A stretch of 63,757 bases of DNA, the filler included, from Collodictyon triciliatum (taxonomy: Eukaryota): assembly GCA_043381765.1 (NCBI GenBank). It is 42 parts of 42 records of this genome, joined end to end, with 100 filler letters (N's around TTAATTAATTAA, not from the genome) between each part and the next. Parts side by side here need not be neighbours in the genome. Positions count along the whole stretch, not along the records: positions 13,735 to 15,159 come from JBHJMP010011121.1; positions 15,260 to 16,684 come from JBHJMP010011122.1; positions 16,785 to 18,209 come from JBHJMP010011123.1; positions 18,310 to 19,733 come from JBHJMP010011124.1; positions 19,834 to 21,257 come from JBHJMP010011125.1; positions 21,358 to 22,781 come from JBHJMP010011126.1; positions 22,882 to 24,304 come from JBHJMP010011127.1; positions 24,405 to 25,826 come from JBHJMP010011128.1; 34 more parts are not named here. The stretch is one strand, 5' to 3'. Of this stretch, positions 13,635-26,857 are shown one piece after another. How positions within the stretch are numbered: the first letter of the stretch is position 1; each line of letters opens with the position of its first letter. The position numbers and the translations under genes were made by a program. The notes under the pieces are model-generated. The model was not told the DNA's origin. It saw nothing but the letters and a program-made list of their open reading frames with translations, and did no database searches.

Positions 13635-14575
13635 NNNNNNNNNNNNNNNNNNNNNNNNNNNNNNNNNNNNNNNNNNNNTTAATTAATTAANNNNNNNNNN
13701 NNNNNNNNNNNNNNNNNNNNNNNNNNNNNNNNNNTTTTCTATTGTTTTCTATTGTTTTCTATTGTTTTCTATTGTTTTCTATTGTTTTCTATTGTTTTCT
13801 ATTGTTTTCTATTGTTTTCTATTGTTTTCTATTGTTTTTTGTGGATCAGTGTTTTTCTCACTCCTGGGTATTAGTTTACAAATCTAAGAAAAAAAAGTGG
13901 TGTGAATATCTTCTCAGAAACCTTGACTCGGAGGTGTTTTACAGTCCCTTTCTGATTTCGGCGGCTGGTCTTGACTTCCTCCTGGGTTATGAAAAAGAGG
14001 CAAATACACTTGTGTCTGTGACTAAGTCTTTTGGATATGTATTTTTTTTTCTTTTGTCGAAGCTTCATGTAACAAACCTTTCAACGAGTGGTAGTCAAAG
14101 ATGGTGTTCCCTGTGTTTGCAAGTTGAGATATAAGGGCTGGGGGATGCTCAGCCCAGCAAAAGGGTTTTGCGGCTTCACTCTTCATTTGCCTTCGCGATA
14201 TAAGCATATATCATTTGGGGACAAGACATAATTGATGATATCAACATCTCGAGCAGATAAGTAGGAAAAGAATAGTGCAGCGAGCGAGCCAAGGAAACAA
14301 AAGCTCTAGGAGTGTTAGCCTACAGTCTGCCGATCTTCTTCTTTTCGGAGCACAGCAGCGAGTGGACATGCTGTATGAGAGAGGCATCGCAATGGTGAAG
14401 CGTGGCTTTCAGGGCGTCAGAGAGAAGAGGATCATGGGAAAGCGGGGCGATGTGAATGCGTCGGAGGCGCAGAGAAGGAACAGTTGCGATCACGGAAGTC
14501 GCTGCGAGGCTGCTCGTAGGTAGAAGCGGAGCGCGAGATGACATCGGTTGCGATTCTAGGCTGGCGGCTTGTCTA

Positions 14576-14670
14576 TTTAAGTGTGTCTTTTTAAGTGTGT
14601 GTCTTTTTAAGTGTGTGTCTTTTTAAGTGTGTGTCTTTTTAATTGTGTCTTTTTAAGTGTGTGTCTTTTT
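14576..14670. repeat. Short minisatellite (TTTTTAAGTGTGTGTC)n
   Basis: About 6 imperfect 14-16-bp units. Confidence 0.8.
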
Positions 14671-15083
14671 GGGCTCTTCCATGCAGAGAAAAGCGCAACA
14701 GGTCGTTGGTTCGCAATAATTTGGGATGTAGGCGGGTATCTCTTTATGACGCAACTATTGAACCGCAGCGGTAGCTAGACGGTTGATGCTCAGAGAGAGC
14801 GACACATGTGAATTGCAACCTTCCTCGCTTAAGTCTGTCGCACTGCAACGTATTACTTTGGTTCTTCTGACCATTGAAGCGAAACAACGCGGACAAGAGC
14901 GTCTGCCCCAGCAACTGCGAGGTACTTGTTTGTATGGTCGAAATCAAGCGTGTATATCCCTTTTGGAATCCCAGTCACGGTGCCAAGGTGCTGTTTCGAT
15001 GTAGAAGATATTATCAACTATCGCGAGATATTCATCTTGTGTTTTTTTTGTGTCTTTTACACCGTACATTATTATTATTATTA

Positions 15084-15159
<76 letters not shown>

Positions 15160-15540
15160 NNNNNNNNNNNNNNNNNNNNNNNNNNNNNNNNNNNNNNNNN
15201 NNNTTAATTAATTAANNNNNNNNNNNNNNNNNNNNNNNNNNNNNNNNNNNNNNNNNNNNTATTATTGGTATTATTATTGGTATTATTATTGGTATTATTA
15301 TTGGTATTATTATTGGTATTATTATTGGTATTATTATTGGTATTATTATTGGTATTATTATTAGTATTATTATTCCCAATCCACCGGTTATTGCTGATGT
15401 ATGTCTCAGTCCAAAAACTAGGGATTTTATCTATTCGGTATTCTATATTAATTGCACATTTGGATCACATAGGTAATAAATAAAGAAATAAAGAAGTAAA
15501 ATAAAATAAAAACCGAGCAATTGAGTTCTTTTGCGATCAC

Positions 15541-16528
15541 CTTAATATCTTGAATAGTCCAAACACGTGATTTTAAATCTGGTGATGCTATCTCCCCGAA
15601 TTGATTTGAGCCAATCATCAAGACCTTTTGATCTTTCGTTTCATTTTTCGATTTACTTTTTTAATGTATTGAGACAAAACCAAGCATCCATGCTTTTTAT
15701 CAAGTGCACATACCTGAGAGCAAAAGGGCAGTTGCTGACCAACCACACGAGGCCTTTTCCACACTGGTATGCATTCGATAGATTCCTCTCTGGTAAGATA
15801 AAACATGTGCTGGTTAGTGCGTTTGAATGCAGAACTTAAGTAACGTTAATTAATTTTAATTAATTTCTAAATAAAATATCAGTGAGGATAAGAATATTAA
15901 TGTATTCTATCGTGAAAACAGAAATCACTTCACCTCGTTACATACAAGCCCTGTATTTTCCCCGCCAATCTGACCATCGCTATTCAATCCACACCCATAC
16001 CAACAGCCATCTATAATGTGAGCGTAATTCGTGTATTACAAGACCTTTTATATGCGAATACGAAAATAATCCTATATGCAAAATCCCATCGCAAACGGGG
16101 GCTTAAAACAAATAGCTCACTCAGAAACCTTAATTTCAAATATGTTGACAAAGAAAAAAGAAGAAGATATTTTACTACTTTTCGAGTGTTGCGTGATATG
16201 ATGAAAAGGAGATAGGAGAGTGAAAAATAGATACAAAAGACAACACAAGACAACACAAGATAGCCTAGAATCTTACCCTCAAGAACAATTACCGAGTGGG
16301 TTCCTCCACATGCAATCCCCACTATCGACTCGTGACCGAATGGAAAGGACAGTTTTTCTGGTTTCGAACAGTCCTCCTGATGCCCCAGCCCAATCTTCAG
16401 CCAAGGTAGTGGACACCGCCATGAGAAAGAAGGAAATAATTAGGACGAATGAATGGAATAGAAGGCCGGCTTTGGGGTGAACCAACCTGGCCGTCGGAGT
16501 TGCTCCCAAATCCATAAAATAGAGTCAT
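15541..16528 (-). CDS. RCC1-repeat protein, SERGEF/ATS1(Kti13)-like, N-terminal exons
   Basis: Spliced MTLFYGFGSNSDGQ / IGLGHQED..IACGGTHSVIVLE / DGCWYGCGLNSDGQIG / ..ASCGWSATALL / DQKVLMIGSNQFGEI. The GxNxxGQxGLGHxED start is typical of SERGEF/ATS1. Confidence 0.8.
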
Positions 16529-16904
16529 AGGTGGCGTGTCCTTCAGATCTGAGCAACACGGTCAGTTGGGGGGTCTGTGGATTTGGTTTGACGTGCGAGA
16601 TGGAGAACGATGAAGCAAAAATTGGAATCGAAAAAAAAACACGTAACAAAGAAACAAAAAACAAAAAACAAAAAAACAAAAAAANNNNNNNNNNNNNNNN
16701 NNNNNNNNNNNNNNNNNNNNNNNNNNNNTTAATTAATTAANNNNNNNNNNNNNNNNNNNNNNNNNNNNNNNNNNNNNNNNNNNNAAGAAACCAATAAAAA
16801 AGAAACCAATAAAAAAGAAACCAATAAAAAAGAAACCAATAAAAAAGAAACCAATAAAAAAGAAACCAATAAAAAAGAAACCAACAAACATAATGCATAT
16901 AATC

Positions 16905-18181
<1,277 letters not shown>

Positions 18182-18965
18182 TGCAGCTTTGCATTTTTGC
18201 TTATACTTANNNNNNNNNNNNNNNNNNNNNNNNNNNNNNNNNNNNNNNNNNNNTTAATTAATTAANNNNNNNNNNNNNNNNNNNNNNNNNNNNNNNNNNN
18301 NNNNNNNNNACAACACATAAAATACAACACATAAAATACAACACATAAAATACAACACATAAAATACAACACATAAAACACAACACATAAAACACAACAC
18401 ATAAAACACAACACATAAAACACAACACATAAAACACAACACATAAAACACAACACATAAAACACAACACATAAAACACAACACATAAAACACAACACAT
18501 CACAAACCATCGCAAATCATCGCAACCCATCACAAACCGCCACTATTTTCTCAATAGCGCACAGAAATTGCCAATTTGATCAAGCACCCAAATAACGCAC
18601 GAGTTTTTACCAAAAATGCAAAGATTCTGAATTAATAAAATTTATCTAAATATAGGAGATTTGTCAAAACCCATAACACCATCAAAGAAAAAGAAACACA
18701 ATTTTTCTATTTTTTTTGGCTCAGATTGCCCAATTAAATACCGATCGATATATTTAATCGGCGCAGATTATTTAAACCATTTTATTGTCCCTGCAATCAG
18801 TTTTATTCATTGGAATCTCGCAAATCAGTATGCTCCATTAGTGCACAGAAGTTACCGATGGAAGGAAAAACACTTTTATCCTGCTAATTGCATCTTATTT
18901 ATCTATTCTCTTTCAGGTAACAGAGATCCATCTTCCAAAGGCGTTTACCCAGCGCTCAGATAGGA

Positions 18966-19733
18966 ATGGAGCCAAGTTCGAGACATCCTCCTTTCACAGT
19001 TTCTTCTATAGGTTTGGTACAGCAATCACCAGATGACCAAGGTTTTCTTCTCCAAAAATCGCAGATAGCCCATCAAAAAGTGTATACCTCTTACGACACA
19101 ACCGCGCCTTCAAGAGCGTCTACAAATGCACAAAGTGGGATGCCACCTCAGTCACCATCGCAGCAAAAAGCGTATACTTCTTACGACACACTTGCATCGT
19201 CAAGAGCAGTTGCAAATGCGCAAAGTGGGATGCCTCAAAATTTCACATCAAACCATGAAAGCAAAAAAGAAATTCGAGATGCTGAAACAGGCTCTATCTC
19301 GGTACTAGTAAATCGCAGAATGGAAGTAGATATCGATGCCAGTGGAAATAGGAAAGCAGGCTCCGCAAACACACACGCGACTTCTAGAGCCGTCTATGAA
19401 AAAGATCTACGAGATAACAAACATGGCCAAGTGGAAGAAAAAAAGGATAAGGGAACAAAGTACACCGTCGATCAAATTACAGTGAAAGATTCAAGCTCGA
19501 TGAAATACACTGGTGATGCCTCATCCAGTCTTACTGCGTTATTAGATATCGAAGAGGAGGGTTCCCTTGTCCATTCAAAGGGAAGTTCAAAAAGCAATAC
19601 ACTTTGGAGAATTAATAAACCTTTTCGGCATCATGGTGATATTAAAATCTTTGTACGATTACTTGGTGAAGAAAAAGATAAAGAATTGCTTTTAGATGAT
19701 TTTAACCGTAGGACAAAACAAGCATCTGAGAAC
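18966..19733 (+). CDS. Hypothetical protein (3'-truncated) with an internal 30-aa duplication
   Basis: Stop-free ORF over 250 aa; QK(V/A)YTSYDTxAxSRAxxNAQSGMP occurs twice, 90 bp apart. Confidence 0.6.
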
Positions 19734-19920
19734 NNNNNNNNNNNNNNNNNNNNNNNNNNNNNNNNNNNNNNNNNNNNTTAATTAATTAANNNNNNNNNNN
19801 NNNNNNNNNNNNNNNNNNNNNNNNNNNNNNNNNTGTTGGGCTCCAGAGTCGATTAAGACACTTACGACGGAAGGAAGCGACGAAGAACGGGCTGCGCTTC
19901 TTTGAGATCCGACAGTATAC

Positions 19921-21172
19921 ATCTTGTGTTTATGATTTGTGTTTATGATTTGTGTTAATGATTTGCCTTCTTTGTGATTTGTGATTTGTGTTTTTGATTT
20001 TATGATTTGTGTTTATGTTTTTGTCTTCTTTGTGATTTGTGTTTAAGATTTGTGTTTATGTTTTTTGTGTTTTGTGTTTTGTTTTTGTGTTTATGATTTG
20101 TGTTTTGTGTTTACCATTTGTGTTTGTGATTTGCCTTCTTTGTGTTTATCATGTGTGTTTATGATTTGTGTTTTTGTTTTGTCTTTGTTTTTGTGTTAAT
20201 GATTTGTGTTTATTATGTTTTTGTGTTTATCATTTGTGTTTTGTCTTTGTGTTTTGTCTTTGTGTTTTGTGTTTTGTCTTTGTTTTGCGTTTATGATTTG
20301 TGTTTGTGATTTGCCTTCTTTGTGATTTGTGTTTATGATTTGTGTTTGTGTTTTATGTTTATCATTTGTGTTCTGTGTTTTGTGTTTTGTCTATGTTTTT
20401 GTGTTTATGTTTTTGTGTTTATGTTTTTGTGTTTATGTTTTTGTGTTTATGTTTTTGTGCTTATGATTTGTGTTTGTGATTTGCCTTTTTTTTATGTTTT
20501 TGTGTTTATGATTTGTGTTTATGATTTGTCTTTGTGATTTGTGTTTAAGATTTGTGTTTATGTTTTTTGTGTTTTGTGTTCATCATGTGTGATTTGTGTT
20601 TATGATTTGTGTTTGTGTTTTTGTGTTTATGTTTTTTGTTTTGTCTATGTTTTTGTGTTTATCATTCGTGTTTATCATTTGTGTTTTGTTATGTTTTTGT
20701 GCTTATGTTTTTGTGCTTATGTTTTTGTGTTTATGATTTGTGTTTATGATTTGTGTTTTGTGTTTTGTATTTTGTCTTTGTTTTTGTTTTATTATGTTTT
20801 TGTGTTTATCATTCGTGTTTATCATTTGTGTTTTGTTATGTTTTTGTGTTTTGTGTTTTGTCTATCTTTTTGTGTTTATGATTTATGTTTGTGATTTGTG
20901 TTTTGTGATTTGTGTTTTTGTGATTTGTGTTTTTGTGTTTATGTTTTTGTGTTTATGTTTTTGTGCTTATGTTTTTGTGCTTATGTTTTTGTGTTTATGT
21001 TTTTGTGTTTATGTTTTTGTGTTTATGATTTGTGTTTTGTGTTTTGTGTTTTGTCTTTGTTTTTGTTTTGTCTATGTTTTTGTGTTTATCATTCGTGTTT
21101 ATCATTTGTGTTTATCATTTGTGTTTGTTGTGTTTTGTGTTTTGTGTTTTGTGTTTTGTGTTTTGTGTTTTG
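19921..21172. repeat. Degenerate T/G-rich simple satellite (TTTGTG / TTTATGA / TTTTTGTG units)
   Basis: 1.25 kb of shuffled short units; the ORFs called here are artefacts. Confidence 0.9.
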
Positions 21173-21357
21173 TGGATCAGCGCGCAACGGAACCGTCTGA
21201 ATATAGTATCAATAAATCGCTATAAAAAGGAATCATACCAAATGAGGCTGTTGTTTANNNNNNNNNNNNNNNNNNNNNNNNNNNNNNNNNNNNNNNNNNN
21301 NTTAATTAATTAANNNNNNNNNNNNNNNNNNNNNNNNNNNNNNNNNNNNNNNNNNNN

Positions 21358-22143
21358 GTCGTTGTATGCTCTCCAATCGATGCGCTTCGGGGATGCTGGC
21401 TTTCCTCCAGCTGTGTCTAGGAACGACACTATAGCACTGTGGTCCGATAGGTTCGTGTCGAATGTGTGCATCCATTTGAACCATGGCGACGTCTCGGTAT
21501 TGCACAGGAACCAGTCGATTCTGCTCCACGTCGGCCGCTTCTTGTTTGACGCCTGCACGTAGCTCCAAGCAGATTTGGGTAGAGAGTACTCCATGGGTCA
21601 TGTAGATTATGTTGATTGACCCAGTTGAAGAATGGCTTGTCTTGTCTTGTGGACACGCCTGTCCATTCTAGCTCTGGGTCAAGGACTGCGTTGAAGTCTC
21701 CACATATGATTGTATGAGGGGTTGTCGAGCTCCTTAGTGAGTTGCTCGAACTCCCCCATTCTTGTTTGGAGGCCAGTCGTTTGGATGACATGTAGCACGT
21801 GATTATCCTTGTTGTTTTCCCATCCATCTGGATACCCATGCTTATGGCGCGGCCGGGGGTAATGACTTTGAAGATGGACTTTAGCTTAGCAATCCGCCTT
21901 TTGCATAGGATTGCTACGCTGGCATGTTTGTGTTGTGATGGTGATAATGATGGTGACCATAGCTGAAGGCCCTTCCACCCGAAATCAGTAAATTGGGTCT
22001 CAGGGCTCTGCCACGTCTCTTGAAGACAGATGATATCCGCGCGGGTGAAAAGAGCTGTCTTGATAAACCTCTTTCCGCCTGTAGGGGTCGTTATTCCCCC
22101 TAGCGTTCCATGACAGAACCCCGAAACGCATGGTCTGTTATTA
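21358..22143 (-). mobile_element. L1-like non-LTR retrotransposon, ORF2 APE endonuclease, frameshifted
   Basis: MRFGVLSWNARG..DIICLQETW..IICGDFN..SRIDWF..LSDHSAI (APE motifs) spread over several frames; preceded by TAA TAA CAG ACC ATG. Confidence 0.9.
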
Positions 22144-22904
22144 AAGGGCTGTAGGGATGCTAATCATGAATGCTTTGTCTCGTAATCATACAAATAATGG
22201 CAAAGCCGAGCCTTATACCGCTACGATTGAAATCCGTCCCCGCTTAAAGCTGAAAAAGTATATATAACTACTTCGCTCTCTGGCGGATTATTTTCGTCTT
22301 TTAAACACGATGATTAATGGCATAAAATACCAGTAGTGAAGCTCGCCTCTTCTCATCGACTTTTGCTCTTGACACGAGCCTTTCCATTCGAAAAACCACC
22401 ACCTTGTCTTTCTGCACAGATACTGATGTAGCACCCAACAACATTGCTAAACTCACGATAAAATTACCTCCCACTTCAAAGCCCCTATTCTGTGGATGAG
22501 TGTCACTATTGAACTTTTTTCCCTTTATTCGATTCAAAGTGGCATTATTGTACTTAATGTAGTCCTCGGAAAGACAGAGTATAAAACAAGTATTCTCCCA
22601 TTCTTCCATCTAAGTTACGAGCTGTTTCGACTGCTTCCAACACAACCAAATCGTCACTTTATGTAGGGTTGCTATCCAGCTAATAAGCTCAACCTGCTCC
22701 TGCTCTCGACCCGCTCATTTTGTTCACCCATGAGGTTTTTGCTCCATTAACAATTTGATTATCTGCACACGATGTCCTGGTNNNNNNNNNNNNNNNNNNN
22801 NNNNNNNNNNNNNNNNNNNNNNNNNTTAATTAATTAANNNNNNNNNNNNNNNNNNNNNNNNNNNNNNNNNNNNNNNNNNNNTTTCTTTTTCTTTTTCTTT
22901 TTCT

Positions 22905-24304
22905 TTTTCTTTTTCTTTTTCTTTTTCTTTTTCTTTTTCTTTTTTTCCGCCTTCCTCTGGCGGGATGCGTTTGTGGTGAAAGCAGCAGGCCACGCGCGTT
23001 GGGCATGATTGGCTGTGGCGAAAGGGGACAATGGATCAAGCTGTGCCTCAATTACCGTATAATATAAACCATATATAAATTGCGGTATCGAAGGTGATGC
23101 TTCCTGTTTTGTGTGATAGGCTCCTGCCAGAAAGAGCGGTCTTTGCACACAGGGAGAACGCGGAAACGCTCCCAAAGGCAGAACGGTTCAAAGCACTCAG
23201 CAAATAATTCTTGCATACAAAGAGAGACCGCCTCTTCCTTCCGTTATTATATGCGACATCCCGCTGGCTTCAACAAGGGCGCCTCCGAAGAGGCCTGCAG
23301 AACAATATTCTCACCAATCCTCGTATACTTGGACACTCGAGATGGGTCTCGAATAACGATGCGCTGCACACGTCTCCAAACCCCAATCTAGACCACCGAG
23401 AGCAGAAAGACCTTCATCAGTGGCTCAATCCAAGTCGACGAAACAAACAAACATAGCCAACTTCATGCTCCAGAAAAGCCCCGATGTGACTCCAGCAAAG
23501 CGCGAGCAAATATCGAATAGCCCTAAAGAAGCGAACTCCAGCAACGACTCGCATCATCTCTCACCCGCGTCCCAAGATTTACGAGCAACCAAAACGAAAC
23601 AAACTACCGGCACACTACAAAACATCATCCATAATATTCGCGCAAACTCTAGCCCCAAAATGAAAAAGCATAGAGCTGACAGCCTCACCGGAAAACACAC
23701 AGCTCTACCGCAGAGGCCGTGGCGTCATCCTCACATCACACAAGGAAATCAATTACATCAAAATCCCGAAGGATGTATGCTGAGGTACCAAAAACAACTT
23801 CCAATAACAACAACCATAGCTACAGATGCACCCACAATCGCCACGACCGAGTCAAAATAGAATATTATTGTTGTTATTTTATTCTTCCTTTCAATTTTGT
23901 GCAGGATGGTGGAGATAGTGGCTTTGGTTACCGAGTCAGCACATATATCCGCAAGTACAATTAAACACGAAGAGAACGCTTCTACTCCCACAGAGGGTCC
24001 TCCCTCCATCCATTAGTAACAGACCATGCGTTTCGGCGTTCTGTCATGGAACACTAGGGGGATTAACGACCCTAACAGGCGGAAAGAGGTTTACAAGACA
24101 GCTCTTTTTACACACGCGGATATCATCTGTCTTCAGGAGACGTGGTGAATTATGATGTTGAATTTAGTGTATATTTGGTCATAAAACAAATGCGTCCAGA
24201 TGCAAAAACATTCTGGGCAGTGACGCGAGGCCATTTGCTATGGACTATGTGGATAGCGCGCATATACTCACGCAAAGCAAGACTCAACAACCAGCCACCC
24301 ATTC
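22905..24304 (+). mobile_element. Decayed LINE: ORF1 remnant, ORF2 start (APE 24026-24145), joined to a family-A ORF2 C-terminal fragment (~24170-24304)
   Basis: MRFGVLSWNTRGINDPNRRKEVYKTALFTHADIICLQETW is near-identical to the 22131 copy; RPDAKTFWAVTRGHLLWTMWIA matches 43458-43946. Confidence 0.8.
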
Positions 24305-24772
24305 NNNNNNNNNNNNNNNNNNNNNNNNNNNNNNNNNNNNNNNNNNNNTTAATTAATTAANNNNNNNNNNNNNNNNNNNNNNNNNNNNNNNNNNNNNNNN
24401 NNNNCAATTTTACTCATTTTGGTTCTTATTAATCTACTACGCAATATTTTTGGGGCCTAGAGTGATATAAAAAGAGAGTAAATCAATTTCAGTTTAAAAG
24501 TGAAAGATAGTTACTGATTAAACAACATCGAAATGCATTAGTTTTCATATCTTCTTGCTGGTGAATGACAAGGGCAACCAGCCTCTGGATAGCAGCTTTA
24601 TACCTGATGGGTATGATATCGTATTTGACGTATAAAAGATTGTTTAGAATAATATTCACATAAAATGGCCGAACTTTTAAGATATGAAACACACTGACAA
24701 AAATCCATTTTAGGGTTAGCATCCCACAGCCATATTTTTCAAGTTCAAGGGCAGGAGTATCTTATCCGCACA

Positions 24773-25826
24773 TTGACTGGTCATACTGATTGGGTTGTTT
24801 GTGTCATGGTTACTCCTGATAATTCAAAAATTATCTCCGGAAGCAGTGATAATACAATCAAAATCTGGAGCATTTCTGATGGAGCTTTGATTCGCACATT
24901 GTTTGGTCATACAAATATTGTCAGAGGTGTTACTGTTACTCCAGACGGTTTAAAAATAGTATCTGGGAGTTACGATAGTACAATCAAAATCTGGAATCTT
25001 TCTGATGGAGCTTTGATACGCACATTGATTGGACATACAGATTTGGTTATAAGTGTTGCTGCCACTCCCGATAGTACGAAAATAATTTCGGGAAGCCATG
25101 ATAACACAATCAAAATCTGGAATCTGTCTGACGGGGCTTTGATTCGCACCTTGACTGGTCATACTGATCATGTTCACAGTGTTGCTGTCACTCCCGATGG
25201 TACAAAAATAGTATCTGGGAGTTACGATAGTACAATCAAAATCTGGAATCTTTCTGATGGAGCTTTTATTCGCACATTGATTGGACACACAGCAGTTGTT
25301 TGGAGTGTTTCTGTAACTCCTGATGATTCAAAAATTGTATCTGGAAGTGGTGATAGCACAATCAAAATTTGGAATCTTTCAGATGGAGCTTTGATTCGCA
25401 CTTTGATCGGACACACTAGTCATGTTTGGAGTGTTCCTGTCACTCCTGATGATTCAAAAATAGTTTCTGGAAGCCATGATGGCACAATCAAAATCTGGAA
25501 TCTGTCTGATGGGACTTTGATTTGCACATTGGTTGGTCACACAGCAGCTGTTTATGGTGTTGATGTTACTCCTGATGGCTCAAAAATTGTTTCTGGAAGT
25601 GGAGACTACACAATTAAAATTTGGAGTCCTCCTGAAATAATTCCTCTTATTTCTTGGTATGAAAAGAAAACGTCGGAAAACTTGGGATTTGAAGTAGAGA
25701 TATACGGCAAGACAGCAGCTATTTCGATTCCATTCTGCGCAGGACCTCCGCCTCTGGTCAAGTGCAAAAGTGGGTTCATTCTGATGTACAAGGTTGATAC
25801 AAATAGCGGTTCGTGGGTTTACAGCC
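24773..25826 (+). CDS. WD40 beta-propeller protein with seven near-identical 42-aa repeats, 3'-truncated
   Basis: Seven GH..V.VTPD.KIVSGSxDxTIKIW units at 126-bp period with no introns, then a non-repeat C-terminal segment. Confidence 0.92.
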
Positions 25827-26136
25827 NNNNNNNNNNNNNNNNNNNNNNNNNNNNNNNNNNNNNNNNNNNNTTAATTAATTAANNNNNNNNNNNNNNNNNN
25901 NNNNNNNNNNNNNNNNNNNNNNNNNNAAGAAAAGGATGAATAATTTTCGCAAAATTTAGTTGAGTGGAAGTATTTCGCTGGTGAGTAATTAAATAGCACT
26001 GTGAAAGTGTTCCCCTTTTTTCTTTTTTAAAACAAACAAACAAACAAACAAACAAACAAACAAACAAACAAACAAACAAACAAACAAACAAACAAACAAA
26101 CAAACAAACAAACAAACAAACAAACATTTATTTTAC

Positions 26137-26857
26137 CTTTAATTCTCTCCTGCTCTTCAAGCCATTTCTTCTTCAACTCTTCACGCTCTAGCAGTTCCCT
26201 TTCATCGCGCTCCTTGTCAGGCAAAAATTCTGCATTTGCTCTTGGGTCGCGACCAACTTTGCTTCGCTTCAGAGACTCTTGTTCCTTCCTTTCTGCCTCC
26301 TCGGCTTAAAAGAGATCAGGTTTCATTAAAAATGCATTTGATTCACATCATAATTCTTTTTGACGAAATACCTTCGCTTTGTTTCTGTCCACTGTCATTT
26401 TCATCTTCACTATTCTCTCCATCTTCTTCATTCAAAAAAGTTAGTCGAGACACATTCGCTGATTTAAGCTTCCTCTTCTTCCTGCGAATATTTTAGTTTT
26501 ATTTTTATTGTATGAAAGTAAAATAAGTGGATTAAGTCATGCAAAAAGTGAACTACTTGATATTGAAAATTAAAAGCCTAAATCACTTAAGCTACAAACG
26601 CTAACATATTGAGACTCAGTCACTCATTAGAATCCATGTATCATGACTTTGTAGAGAGGGACTCACTTTAAATCCTCCTGCAAATCCAGCTTCATGCGCT
26701 TCTCCTTCTCGCTTTGCTCGAGTTCCTCACGCACTTTTCTGTATTGGTCCACTGAGACACGCCCGATAGTTTCGTCTTTCAAGCGGTCAACTACACTTTC
26801 TGTCTTTTTCGAGAATTTGTCGCTGATACTCACAACAGAAACATCGTTTGCTGCCAA
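26137..26857 (-). CDS. FAM50: FAM50/XAP5-family nuclear protein, internal exons
   Basis: DKFSKKTESVVDRLKDETIGRVS..., acidic LTFLNEEDGENSEDE, and FLPDKERDERELLEREELKKKWLEEQERIK (XAP5 hallmark). Confidence 0.8.

Noticed and set aside
20322-21313. Long hydrophobic ORFs here and at 29082-29680, 44102-44603, 45113-45631
   Set aside because: Translations of stop-poor simple repeats.
23875-24028. Terminal inverted repeat model for the LINE (3'-end motif inverted upstream of ORF2)
   Set aside because: The motif is bounded by its own 9-bp TSD and interrupts ORF1, so it is a nested insertion.
24665-24697. Alternative genetic code suggested by an in-frame TGA upstream of the WD40 ORF
   Set aside because: Conserved exons contain no internal stops; TAA (TACO1) and TGA (RPP38) end genes normally; nearby AG acceptors or pseudogenisation explain it.
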